From the NCBI RefSeq assembly GCF_009914755.1, contig NC_060936.1: DNA of 64,000 bases; one strand, 5' to 3'. Below the pieces are notes generated by a model. The model was given only the letters and a program-made list of their open reading frames with translations. It was not told the origin of the DNA and ran no database searches. Shown here in pieces: positions 12,505 to 29,755 of this stretch; position 1 is the stretch's first letter; every line of letters begins with the position of its first letter. A program made the position numbers and the translations under genes. Source of the stretch: the human T2T-CHM13v2.0 reference genome, Homo sapiens.

Positions 12505-14450
12505 ATTCACTCTCAAAATATTTATTAAGTTCATTTGATGTGCCAGGCAGTGTATAAAATCAGTAAAGACATCTTGTGAGTTTTAGTGGAGACAGACAAT
12601 AAATAATGAACATATACATAACTATGTTAGAAGAATATAAGTTCTTTGGAAAGAAGAAACAAAAGAAGAAATAAACAAGAGGGACTAAGAGCTCCAGGGG
12701 ATTCAGGGGAGACTTCAATTTTAAATAGGGTTCCAGGGTAAGCATCATTGAGAAGGTCATATTTGAGCACAGACTTGAAGGAAGTGGAGTTGTTGGTTAT
12801 ACTGACTTCTGAGGGAAGCACACTGTTGGCCAAGCATATAGCCAGTGCAAAAGCTTGCATTTCTTTCCCAAGAAAAGGCAGCGTTGTTTGGGTCAAGACA
12901 CAGGGAGGAACCAATGTGGCTGGAGAAGAATTAGTGAGGGGGCAGTGGCAGGTGATATCAAAGAGGGATCCAGAGCCAGATCATGTAGAATATTTTTAGA
13001 TGTTTTAGGGCTTGAGTTTTTCCTTTCAGTGAAACAGGAGCCATTGCAGGGTAATGAGCAGATAGATGGTCATGATCTCACTTGTGTTACCAAGCACTCC
13101 TTCTGGCTGCTGTGTGAGAATAGATGGTAGCAGTTGAGGGTAGAGGCAGGACACCAAGAGATGGTAGGGGTTGAGGGTAGAGTAGGACACCAGGAGACTG
13201 GAGGGTAGACAGGGAACAAGGAGACTGAAGGGGTTGAGGATAGACAGGACACCAGGAGACTGGAGAGGTTAAGTGTAGACAGGACACCAGGAGACTGGAG
13301 AGGTGGAGGGTAGACAGGATACCAGGAGACTGAAGAGGTGGAGGGTAGACGGGACACCAGGACACTAGAAAGGCTGAGTGTAGATGGGACACCAGGAGAC
13401 TGGAGAGGTTGAGGATAGACAGGACACCAGGAGACTGGAGAGGTGGAGGGTAGACAGGACACCAGGAGACTGGAGAGGCTGAGTGTAGACAGGACATCAG
13501 GAGACTGGAGAGGTTGAGGGTAGACAGGACACCAGGACACTGGAGAGGTAGAGGGTAAACAGGACACCAGGAGAATGGAGAGGCTGAGTGTAGACAGGAC
13601 ACCAGGACACTGGAGAGGCGGAGAGTAGACAGGACACCAGGAGACTGGAGAGGTTGAGGGTAGACAGGTCACCAGGAGACTGGAGAGGTAGAGGGTAAAC
13701 AGGACACCAGGAGACTGGAGAGGCTGAGTGTAGACACAATACCAGGGCACCGAAAGGCTGAGGGTTAAAGGGACACCAGGAGACTGGAGAGGTGGAGGGT
13801 AGACAGAACACAAGGAGACTGGAGAGGCTGAGTGTAGACGGGACACCAGGACACTGGAGAGGTTGAGAGTAAATGGGACACCAGGAGACTGGAGAGGCTG
13901 AGTGTAGACAGAACACATGGAGACTGGAGGGGTCCAGGGTAGAGACCACTAGAGGGGGCCACTGAGGAGGCTACCGCAGTCACTAGGATGAGAAATGATA
14001 GTGGCTGAGACCAAGTTGGTAGCAGTAGACATAATTGAAATGGTCAGACTCTACACATATTTTGAAGGTAGAACACACAGGATTTTCTGAAAGATTGGCT
14101 GTGGGGTTAAGAGAAAAAGGAGTTGGTAATGTCCCAAAGTGCTTATGGTTTGATCAGCTGGAAGGGCGGAATTCCTATGAACTGATAATAGAAAAAGCTG
14201 TGCTGGAGAAGGTTTGAGAAGGAAGATCCAGAACTCAGTTTTGGATAGGATGTTAGAGATGTCTTATAGACATCCAAGGGGAGATGTTGAATAGGCAATT
14301 CAATATGTAAGTCTGAATTTGGGGATTGAAGTCTTGGCTGCAGATGTAAATGTGTCCGTCATCAGAGTAGAGATGGTATTTAAAGCCATGAAATTGAGTG
14401 AGATCACCAGAGGAGTGCTTGTAGACAGAGATGAAGACTATGATTAGACC
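12505..14450 (-). mobile_element. LINE-2 fragment interrupted by a minisatellite
   Basis: Antisense L2 3' end (aaatatttattaag..tgtgccaggcagtg), then ctggctgctgtgtgagaatagat; resumes after 13945 with gaggctaccgcagt..atattttgaaggtaga. Confidence 0.75.
13130..13945. repeat. 35-bp G/A-rich minisatellite, ~23 units (GACAGGACACCAGGAGACTGGAGAGGTKGAGGGTA)
   Basis: Direct 35-nt periodicity (e.g. units starting at 13278 and 13313); explains the repetitive ORFs 13070..13983. Confidence 0.95.
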
Positions 14451-15714
14451 CACTTTGAAGCAAGAAGCTACATGGTCTGCATCTCCATATCACTCCCTGG
14501 GCCAAGTCCAGAGCCTGGTTCAGATTAGGCTTATAAAATACTTTCTGATTTAGAGTGAACCAAATTCAAATTCTTAGCCTGGATCTGCTCTCTCAATTCA
14601 ACTAGAAACCACTGATAAATCCAAGACCAAAATGGCGCCTTGTTCTCTTAGTCACCATTCTTTGTGAGCCTAGAGTTTGCCTACAACAAGGGGGGCCCCA
14701 CATTCCCTGTGCTCCAGCCCCACTCCATCCTATACTGTAGTGGGAAGCAAGTCCTGCCTCTGATCAAAAAGGAATGTTCTCAGGAAACTTTCAACATGAC
14801 TTGCTGCCTTGGAACTGTCCAGATCAAAGTTGGAACCATGTGACACTGATGCCCCAAGAGCTCCTGTTTGTTGACTTGAGCAACTGTCCACTCTTCTGTG
14901 GGGTTCCCCAAAGTGGAAATGGCTTAAGGAGGACTGCCACTTAGCCTCTGACTTCGTAAACTAACTTCTGGTGGTAAGAATAAAAGGTTCCTATTCTTCA
15001 AGGAAAAATCTGATTGTTTTTTGGCCACAGTAACAAATCCAGATTTTAAAACTGTCCCAAGCAATCAAAGATATCTTGGCAGCAGTAACCACACTTCTGA
15101 ATGTCATTGGTGATGCTTCTACAGTTAAAGTTCAACTAATCCCTAAACACTTCCACTTCCAAAAGTCCAACGATCTTTGAACTCCATAATTCCCCAAACC
15201 TCACATAAAAGTAATTTTCCTTTTGTTTAGAGAGGCTGCATCTTACAAGTACAGTTTTCCCTCACTTAGCAAGCAATAAATTCCACTTTTTTGTTTGTTT
15301 GTTTCAAATATTTAGTGGTAGCTTCTTTATTTGACAGTGGGAATGTTTATTTCTGCCAGCTGAGGGAAAATGCCCATTAAATTCACACACAATCCCATTA
15401 TTCTGAAATCCCAATACTTGGCTCAGCATTTGCTCATAGGTCATTCCATTTGATTCTTGTGCTTCTTTGTGAGGAAGATGACTGGTGGAGAGGGCTTTTG
15501 ACTGATCCACTTTTATTAAAACTGAGGCACAGGGTGGCTGATAATGTAACCCCAGGTCACACAGCTGGTTAGTGGCAGGGTTGGAGCCTAGGTACATCAG
15601 AACACCATTCAACCTTCTCATGATCCCAGCTACCAAACCATGGTTTTAGGCTGCCTCTCAGTGCCTGGAGAGAATTGGTAGCATTATTTTACTCAGCCCA
15701 AAACTTTCTTTTTT

Positions 15715-16033
15715 GGCCAGGTGTGGTGGCTCTTGCCTGTAATCTTAGCACTTTGGGAGGGTGAGATGGGAGGATTGAGGCCAAGAGTTTGAGGTCAGCC
15801 TCAGCAATGTAGTGAGACTCTGTCTCCACAAAAATTAAAACATTCAGCCAGGCATGAAAGTATGTGCTTGTAGTCCCAGCCACTCAGGAGGCTGAGGTGG
15901 GAGGATTGTTTGAGCCCAGAAGTCTGAGGCTGCAGTGAACCATGATTATACCACTGCACTCCAGTCCAGCCTGGGTGACAGAGTGAGACCTTGCCTTAAA
16001 AAAAAAAAAAAAAAGAAAGAAAAAGAAAAAGAA
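15715..16033 (+). mobile_element. Alu (AluJ-type, diverged)
   Basis: gggaggattg..tgagcccagaag AluJ diagnostics, long A tail. Confidence 0.9.
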
Positions 16034-16558
16034 AGCTTTTTTTTGAGCTTGTTAACCACTGTGAAAGATGAATGAAATTCTAGGTTGCAGGGTTGCAGCT
16101 TTGATGATGGTGATAAGATATTCAGCTCATTTTTTTCTTTGTTAACTCTAAGTCAGGGTATCAGCATTGGATTCTTGGCAAATGTCACCTCACTTAATTC
16201 AAGCATATACACAAATAACTGCCTGACAAGGTAGAAAGTTGCAACAGCCCTGAAAAGGTAAGGGGAATGTACTAAGAGATTGGAAGAAGGTGAGGTAGTT
16301 CCTGCATGGGAATCAGGGAGGCTTTCATGGATGAAAGGCTCTAGCAGGAAAAATGAGATTAGTACACTGAAGAACACACATATGATTCAGAGGATGAGTG
16401 ATTCACCAACCCCATGCTTGATCTCCGAAATGGGTATTTAGCTTCCCAGAACCACACACCCATTTCAGGTGGGATCATAGAACTGTACCTGGTTTCCGCT
16501 CTTGCAGAGGGCATGAGGACCCCTCCCTGGGCTCAACTCATTTGAGAAATTCAGGTCA

Positions 16559-16708
<150 letters not shown>

Positions 16709-17724
16709 TTAAGCCAAGCCAGACTCAGTCTTTCTACATGAGGAATGGGCAGAAAGAATGGAAATAACTCTTTTAGGCTTATGATCCCTCTCCCAGGAAT
16801 AAGTGATATGCAGAGGTTGGGATCATAAAAGGCAGGGTACAAGGTAAAAAGAAGAAAAGGAAGGAAAAATAAGAGACAGGTGCAGGGTAGGGCACAGCAG
16901 CCAAGGGTCTTAAGAGTATCCCCAGTGGGGTACCGGGCAGAAGAGCTAATATTCCTGTGGACATGCTCCCATATACCTAAGTGAGCTATGAGTCATGAAC
17001 ACTTCTCATCCTGTCTTCTCCCTGGTATTGACTTCCCTGGGCAGATACAATATGCTCAGCTATTCCACTGGGAACTAAAACAAAAACAGTGCTGCTCTTC
17101 TGTTAGTCTGGAGGTGGACAGCAGTGAGGGAAGAAAACCTACATTTATTTAACACTGTATGTGCTATGTCCATTTGGAACAGGTCTTTTTGGATTTGTAG
17201 CAATGAACTTTATGGGCAAGGAAAAACAATTTTGGATGTTCCATTAATTTTTTTATAAGTTGCATAAGTTTTATCAGACTAAGGGGATAACGAAACACCC
17301 AAGTAAGAAGCATAATGGCTGCAATTCTCTACCTCTACCCAATACACAATCTAGGCAAAGAAAGATAAGAGTAATCTAGATGTATACTTAGGAGGTATTG
17401 AGATAGCTTGGCTGCCACTTGTTCCTGTTCTCATTTGCAACTTCGTAGCTTTGACTTTGGAACTTGATTGGGATCTCTCATTCTCACTGCCAAGGGAGTT
17501 CTGAGTTATTGGATCACAGGATGACCAAATCTCCAATCAGTCTGGTCTATCTACTTGGATGGAGCAAATCTCCAGAATAGATGAATTGTTTTTAGTACTA
17601 CCAGCAAACAGTCTAGACAACTAGTCCTGTGGACCAGCCAGCAATGAACCCAAACCTCATTCTTGCAGCAGGAAAAGATGGCGCTCATTGTGCCTGGCAA
17701 CTGGTAGCTGGAGGACAGTACTCA

Positions 17725-17886
<162 letters not shown>

Positions 17887-17929
17887 TCAAAGCTCATCAC
17901 CACTGAGTCAGAGGCACTAGGAGACCTTT

Positions 17930-18900
17930 AGGTAGTGGAGTAGTACACATAACTGCCCAGGGACATAGGCTTTGACGCTAGGCAGACTTGGCTTCAGATG
18001 TCTGCCTCGCTGCTTTCTAGCTAGGTGATCTGGATCAAGTAAATTCCCATTTCTGAGCCTCAGTTTCCTCATCTGCATAATGTGGATAGATACTTCTTAG
18101 AAATGTTCCAAGAATAAAAAGAGCTAATGAATACAAAGTACTTAGCACAGAGCCTAGCACATTGGAAACATGCAATAAATTTAGCTTTCATTACCATTTG
18201 TTAGGGTGGAACAATGATTCCCTACTTCTCCTGCTTCTAGAGTGAAGAGGGAATTTGAACCTCATTTCCCAGAAGGGAAGAGTATGGATAGAGTGCTTCC
18301 AGCTTCTGTACTGCACCTCACACAGTCTACCCCATAAGTAGCAGTGACCTGTCTGACTGGAGCATTTGGGAAGAGAATATGAATATTGTCAATTTAACTC
18401 TTTCTGTACTGCTCTTTCTCTCTTGATTGTTCACAGAGGACCTCATTCCAGTCTGCTCTTGGCCATGCAATGGACTATGCTCTATGAATTGGCAGGTAAG
18501 TTTACCTAATTAAGGGGTAAAATATTAGCAAGTCCATTTGTGTGCATATCTATATCACATTCTCTAAATCGCTCAATTTTAAAGCTGACCTCTGATCACC
18601 ATCTCTATGGTTCCTGTATCTGTCTCTCAGTTTGTTGCAAACTTTGGAGGATAAGGATAGTGACAGTGATAATGGTAATAATAGCTAACACTATATATGA
18701 CCTACTGTATGTAAGACACTGTTTTAAGCTACTTTAGATATGCTACTAATCCCCACAATAGCCCTATGAAGTAGACACTTTTATTATGCCCACTTTACCG
18801 ATGGGAAAGCTGAGACAGAGATAGGTTAAAGGTTTTATTCAAGGTCACAGCCACAGGCAGTCTAGCTTCAAAGTCTGTTCTCTTAATTACTATTATGTAG
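17930..18900. mobile_element. MIR elements in intron 6
   Basis: tctgagcctcagtttcctcatctgcataatg core (18050s) and an opposite-strand core near 18790. Confidence 0.65.
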
Positions 18901-19951
18901 CTTCCCAACTGCTAGTATTACTGTTTTATTATTCTTATTATTGGCCATGGCAATGGAAGTAATTAGCTGAAGAAGTCTTTGAGATCCCCTTGCCTCTTGC
19001 CCCCATGTTCTCTGTGTCTTCAGGCTGAAGCACACTCTGCTTGGACCCTTACTCCCTTCTTTATCTAAGAAGCAAAGACTTTCTAATGGAAGGGACCCAA
19101 AAGGTCATCTAACTCACCCCCAAACTGTCCTGGCTACAACTTCCCTTCCTGCCAAGTAATTTCCCTGGCTCATTGCCCCCACAGTGGCCCATCTCTGCAC
19201 AGCTCTGATATATAGAAAATTTTGTAACCTGTAGTCTGTCTCCCCACTTCTGCTTATTCTACCTGGCACACAGTAGGTGTTCAATATGTGCTAGTTCATT
19301 ATTTTGTTTTTGCTAAATTAACATCCTCTTGACAGAAAGAGTAACACCCATTTCACCTGGATATACTGTACAGAGAGGCTTGCGACTCAATGTACTTACC
19401 TATTGAGCTACTCAGATTTCAATTCAGTCCAAACTCACTGAATACCTGCTGTATATGCAAGACTGTGCTGGTTGTTTCCATATGCAGCACCTTACTTCAT
19501 TCTCATAATTTCCCTATGGGAAAAGCTAAAGAGTTGATACAGTGTCCATTTGACAGATGACAAAACTGAGGCAGGTTTACTCAGCTGGAGAGGATCGAAG
19601 GCAGGATTCATACCAGATGCACAGACTCAGAGCTCAGGGCTCTTGGCACCATCCCCGAAAATAGCACATTTCTTACACAAACACACACTCCTAACTCATA
19701 ACACAGCAGGAACTACAGGGCAAACAAAACAAAACAAAACAAAACAAAACCTCAGTGAAGCACCTTGGGCTTTAAGTGTGAAAGAAAATACTTTTCAGGG
19801 ACAGGTACACGGCAAAATCCACAGCCTCAGGTGTTTGATTGAATGAAAGTGGATAAACACAGTAGGGGCTGGAGGGAAGGCAGAGCACAGTGAAATTTAG
19901 TTCTTCCTGGAGGAATCAACCTGCATGCATTCCTACAAGCACATGCTTTCA

Positions 19952-20302
<351 letters not shown>

Positions 20303-20859
20303 TTAGGTTAGCAGAGGGAGTCGGGGACCAGAACCTGTGAGCTGCCATCACTTGCTACAGTGAATTTCATACATTATTTGAAAGAGAAAAATTCCACATC
20401 TTGATATAGGAAACATTGTTGTTTTGATTTCCCACATGAAAGGGTGATTTGGTTAAGCAATGATACAGGCTACAATGAGGATTTGCTCTCACTTTCGGGA
20501 AATCACTTGGTTTTTCTACTCTTCTAATTCTCTAATTGCTTACCTAGGGTAGAAATTCACTTACCTGCACGGGCCAGTCAGGTATCACAAAGCTGTAAAG
20601 TTGCAGAGATTGGCAATAAGGAGAATGGGGGCTGGCAGGAGAATATATTCCCTTTCTAAACCAGGGCATCTAAGTTAAAGCAACACAGTGTATTTTTATG
20701 GTGTTAGCTAAAGCAATTAAACCAGTGGGCTAAACTGGATTTAATATGTAGGCCACGAATCTGAGATCCCCTTTGTTTGGTAGGCATGCACTTATTGGGT
20801 TTGATATTTCTGCTCCTGGGAAGTTATAAAGGTATTTAAATACATACTAATTAAGATTC

Positions 20860-21005
20860 CACATTGTATACATATATCAAAACATCATGTTGTACACCAT
20901 ATTTTATATACAATTATATAATTATATACAATTATATAATTGTATATAATTAAAAATTATATACAATTTTTATTTGTCAATTAGAAAACTAAATAAATAA
21001 ATAAG
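20860..21005 (+). mobile_element. Old L1M 3' terminal fragment
   Basis: tatacatatatcaaaacatcatgttgtacacc..tatacaatttttatttgtcaatt..aaataaataa. Confidence 0.7.
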
Positions 21006-21790
21006 TTCTAGATCAAGGATAATAAATAAATATTGGAACAAAGGAGAGAAAATAAATATATAAATCCATGCTAAGGTATAAAATGCCTTATACCTTCTCT
21101 TCACTGAGCTTGTTCAAGTACATATGCCAGGCCGCATAGATCCTGAATCTCTTGGGGAAGGGAAGGCTCACATATCTGGATTCTAGTAAGCTCCCCAGGT
21201 GACTCTGATGCAAACTATAGTTTAAAAGTCGTTAGTTTTAAAAGTCCGGGAAGCTCAAACTGGGTGGAGCCCACCACAGCTCAAGGAGGCCTGCCTGCCT
21301 CTGTAGACTCCACCTCTGGGGGCAGTGCATAGCCAAACAAAAGGCAGCAGAAACCTCTGCAGACTTAAATGTCCCTGTCTGACAGCTTTGAAGAGAGTAG
21401 TGGTTCTCCCAGCATGGAGTTTGAGATCTGAGAACGTACAGACTGCCTTCTCAAGTGAGTCCCTGACCCCCGAGTAGCCTAACTGGGAGGCACCCCCCAG
21501 CAGGGGCAGACTGACACCGCACACGGCCGGGTACCCCTCTGAGACAAAGCTTCCAGAGGAATGATCAGGCAGCAACATTTGGTGTTCAGAAATATTTGCT
21601 GTTCTGCAGCCTCCGCTGCTGACACCCAGGCAAACAGGGTCTGGAGTGGACCTCCAGCCAACTCCAACAGATCTGCAGCTGAGGGTCCTGACTGTTAGAA
21701 GGAAAACTAACAAACAAAAAGGACATCCACACCAAAACCCCATCTGTGTGTCACCATCATCAAAGACCAAAGGTAGATAAAACCACAAAG

Positions 21791-22798
21791 ATGGGGAAAA
21801 AACAGAGCAGAAAAGCTGAAAATTCTAAAAATCAGAGCACCTCTCCCCGTCCAAAGGAACACAGCTCCTTGCCAGCAATGGAACAAAGCTGGACAGAGAA
21901 TGACTTTGATGAGAGAAGAAGGCTTCAGACGATAAAACTTCTCTGAGCTAAAGGAGGAAGTTCGAACCCATTGCAAAGAAGCTAAAAACCTTGAAAAAAG
22001 ATTAGATGAATGGCTAACTAGAATAAACAATGTAGAGAAGTCCTTAAATGACCTGATGGAGCTGAAAACCATGGCACGAGAACTACGTGACAAATGCACA
22101 AGCTTCAGTAGCTGATTCAACCAACTGGAAGAAAGGGTATCAGTGATTGAAGATCAAATGAATGAAATGAAGTGAGAAGTTTAGAGAAAAAAGAGTAAAA
22201 AGAAATGAACAAAGCCTCCAAGAAATATGGTACTATGTGAAAAGACCAAATCTACATCTGATCGGTGTACCTGAAAGTGACGGGGAGAATGGAACCAAGT
22301 TGGAAAACACTCTGAAGGATACTATCCAGGAGAACTTCCCCAACCTAGCAAGGCAGGCCAACATTCAAATTCAGGAAATACAGAGAATGCCACAAAGATA
22401 CTCCTCGAGAAGAGCAACTCCAAGACACATAATTGTCAGATTCGCCAAAGTTGAAATGAAGGAAAAAAATGTTAAGGGCAGCCAGAGAGAAAGGTCAGGT
22501 TACCCACAAAGGGAAGCCCATCAGACTAACAGCTGATCTCTCGGCAGAAACTCTACCAGCCAGAAGAGAGTGGGGGCCAATATTCAACATTCTTAAAGAA
22601 AAGGAATTTCAACTCAGAATTTCATATCCAGACAAACTAAGCTTCATAAGTGAAGGAGAAATAAAATCCTTTACAGACAAGCAAATGCTGAGAGATTTTG
22701 TCACCACCAGGCCTGCCCTACAAGAGCTCCTGAAGGAAGCACTAAACATGGAAAGGAACAACTGGTACCAGCCACTGCAAAAACATGCCAAATTGTAA
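21791..22798 (+). pseudogene. Disrupted L1 ORF1p
   Basis: MGKKQSRKAENSKNQS... to ...YQPLQKHAKL*, split by frameshifts and stops across ORFs 21746, 22237 and 22469. Confidence 0.93.
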
Positions 22799-22861
22799 AG
22801 ACCATTGATTCTGGGAAGAAACTGCATCAACTAACGAGCAAAATAACCAGCTAACATCATA

Positions 22862-26692
<3,831 letters not shown>

Positions 26693-26900
26693 ACAATGAG
26701 AACACTTGGACACAGGAAGGGGAACATCACACACGGGCCTGTTGTGGGGTCGGGGGAAGGGGGAGGGATAGCATTAGGAGATATACCTGACAAGTTAATG
26801 GGTGCAGCACACCAACATGGCACATGTATACATATGTAACAAACCTGCACGTTGTGCACATGTACCCTAGAACTTAAAGTATAAAAAAAAAAAAAAAAAA

Positions 26901-27498
26901 GAAAGACTGTGGCAATTCCTCAAAGACCTAAAAACAGAAATACCATTTGACCCAGCAATCCTATTATGAGGTACATACCCAAAGGAATATAAATCATTCT
27001 ATCATAAAGACACATACACGCATATGTTCACTGCAGCACTATTCACGATAGCACAGACATGGAATCAACTTCATTGCCCATCAGTGGTGGACTGGATAAA
27101 GAAAATGTTGTACATATACACCATGGAATACTATGCGGCCATAAAAAATGACATCATGTCCTTTGCAGGAACATGGATGGAGCTGGAGGCCATTATCCTT
27201 AGCAAACTAATGGAAGAGAAAACCAAAGACCACATGTTCTCACTTGTAAGTGGGAGCTAAATGGTGAGAACATACAGACACATAGAGGGGAACAACACAC
27301 ACTGAGTCTATTGAAGGGTGGAGGGTGGGAGGAGGGAGAGGATCAGGAAAAATAACTAATGGGTGCTAGGCTTAATACCTGAGTGATGAAATAGTCTGTA
27401 AAACAAACCCCCATGACACAAGTTTACCTATATGTAAATACCTGCCCATGTACCCTTGAACTTAAAATGAAAGCTAAATTAAAGATTTTAAAAAAAAA
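26901..27498 (+). mobile_element. 3' end of an older L1 (L1PA13-16-like), directly after the younger L1 tail
   Basis: ORF2 C-terminus (ORF 27024..27260 ..MFSLVSGS) and old-type 3' UTR gagaggatcaggaaaaataactaatggg. Confidence 0.85.
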
Positions 27499-29461
27499 GT
27501 CCTTTTGAAAACCACCTGGGAATGAACTGTGTTCGGAACAGCACAAACAGATGTAAACCAAATAAAGCCTGACTTCAAAGATCAGTGACTGTCCCCTAGG
27601 CTGCAGGCCTATTTCTCTAACAGGAACACAGAGTCTGGGACAAAGTGAGACTGTTGATCTCAGAATTATGGATCATCATTAGGCTCCAGATTAGGTCTTT
27701 CTTGCCCTTTCAGAATTGTACCTCATCCAAACACATTAGAGCACAGTCTTTGTTATTGTCTACAGACGAGTGACAGGGATTAGGCAAAAAGATAGCATTT
27801 TGCTTAAGTATTATTGAAAGCCAGGCAAGTTCAGAAGGTCTTGTGGTAGCCAGCAATGATGGTGAAAAAAAAAAAAATCAGGTAAGCTCTTGCCCAAGAA
27901 CGCGCCATTATCGAGACTAAGCACTGATACAGGAGACAAACAGACTTTGGAAACAGACAGAGACTGTTCAATCCTTGGCCCTGCCATTCCCTAGCTGTAT
28001 CAGCTCAGGCAATTTAGTAAACCTCTCTGAGCCTCAATCTGTGCAGCTGCTACGTGGGCTAAACATAAGTACCTGTATGGTGTGGATAAATTTAAGTCTA
28101 ATACTATGTATAAAGTACCTAGTATTAGTACTGACAAATCCTAACAATTGGATAATTGATCATTACCATTATGACTGATTCTCATTTTAAAAGAAAGGCA
28201 TCTGTTATTCCTGCAACAAATTTCAAGAAATGGTAACATCCTGAGCACCAAGATGTTCTGCTGGTTGACACCTGCTGTTCTAGGGACTCAACATCTGTTC
28301 CCCATTCATCAGTAAAGCACCTTTCTCCCCTCTCAGTCTGTGAGGTTCAGGTGAGGAGAGACTCCACTCCTACCTTCAGAAGTGGGCATGTGACCAGACT
28401 AAGCCAATTGAAATCCCTCATTCTCCTGCATTGTGCCTGGCTGAGAGACGGGACTATGTCCTAATCAGAGTCAGTGGACTCAATGCCAGAACTGTGGTTG
28501 ACTTTGTTGGAAATAGACAGGACCTCTAATTGAGTTGGCGTATCAGCCTAGAGGTGCTAGATTCCCTCTCCAAGAGAAATGAGGCCAATGTCTGAAAGCA
28601 AGGCCAAAGCAAAGGACACTAGAGTCAGAGAGGCAAATAATGAGATGCTGAATCCTGGACCTGCCTGAGCCTAAACTACCCGCCTTAAACTCTTCATTTA
28701 TAGTATCCAGTAGAGCTCTCCTTTATGTTTGAGTTGTTTTGCAGATGAAAAATATAAGCTCCTATGATCCGTTTTATCTATTCCTAGATAAAACTTAAAA
28801 GCCCAACTTCCACTCCAGTAATATCATCAAAACCTGCTGTAGCAGCCTTCTAGATGATTCTAGACACAATTCCTGGCTCTGCCTCCAATTCACCATTTTG
28901 AATCTTTACTTTTATATGGTCTCTTGGATTCATTCATTCATTCAACAAATGTTAATTGAGCACTGTGACAAAACAGTCAATTACCCCTGCCCTCATGGAG
29001 TCCACATTTCTAGTAGGGGCAGACAGAAAGCCAACACAACTCCGTTAGATGATGACAAATGCTATAGAGAAAAAAGGGGCAAAGGTATAGGGAGTTTCAG
29101 AGTGGGGTTTCAATTTTACATAGGGTGTAGAGAGGGCATGGCTGAGAAGGTGACATCTAAATGAAAACCTGAGGAGATGAGGCCTCGGTGCTTCACTCTG
29201 GAGTCTTCCATTTAGCTTGAACATAACTATTTGAGATTCTGATTCTGCTTTTCTGCAGGTTAATCTGATTCGCACCAGCCCCTGAAGTCTAAAGCAGTGA
29301 CCGCAGTATCCCCTTTATGCAGTTATTGGGGCTGCTCATCCCAAGCTTGATAGCAGTGGCTCAGCAGTTTACTGCTTTCCTGGGAAAAGCAGGAGAATCT
29401 CAATTCTAACCCTGCCGCTTCCTAACTGAGTGAGACCTTGGTCAATTTTTAAAAAGCAAAA

Positions 29462-29755
29462 TCACAAACGAAAGCACAAAAATGTTAAAAATGTGACACT
29501 AAACAGACCATGTAAAGGACACATGTTGACAAAATGAGGGTAGAAACAGAAAGGTAGAGTGTTGCCTTCTTTGACCTCAGTTGGAGATATACACCTCAGT
29601 AGAATCAAATTTTTTCTCCTCTCTGTGCTAGTCTGGGAATGACTGTGAAAGTGTACAGTGAGTATCGATTTTGGGGTCACAAATACACTTAAGCAAGTAG
29701 GCAAATTCGCAAAATAGAATCTGCAAAAAAAAAAAAAAAACAAGGATGAACTATA
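29462..29755. mobile_element. MER82-like (Tigger) DNA transposon fragment
   Basis: gattttggggtcacaaatacacttaagcaagtaggcaaattcgcaaa terminal motif. Confidence 0.65.

Noticed and set aside
13070-13983. Long repetitive ORFs (up to 282 aa) and CRISPR-like ~35-bp periodicity
   Set aside because: Head-to-tail minisatellite with no unique spacers and no cas genes, in human DNA; the ORFs are by-products of a stop-poor repeat unit.
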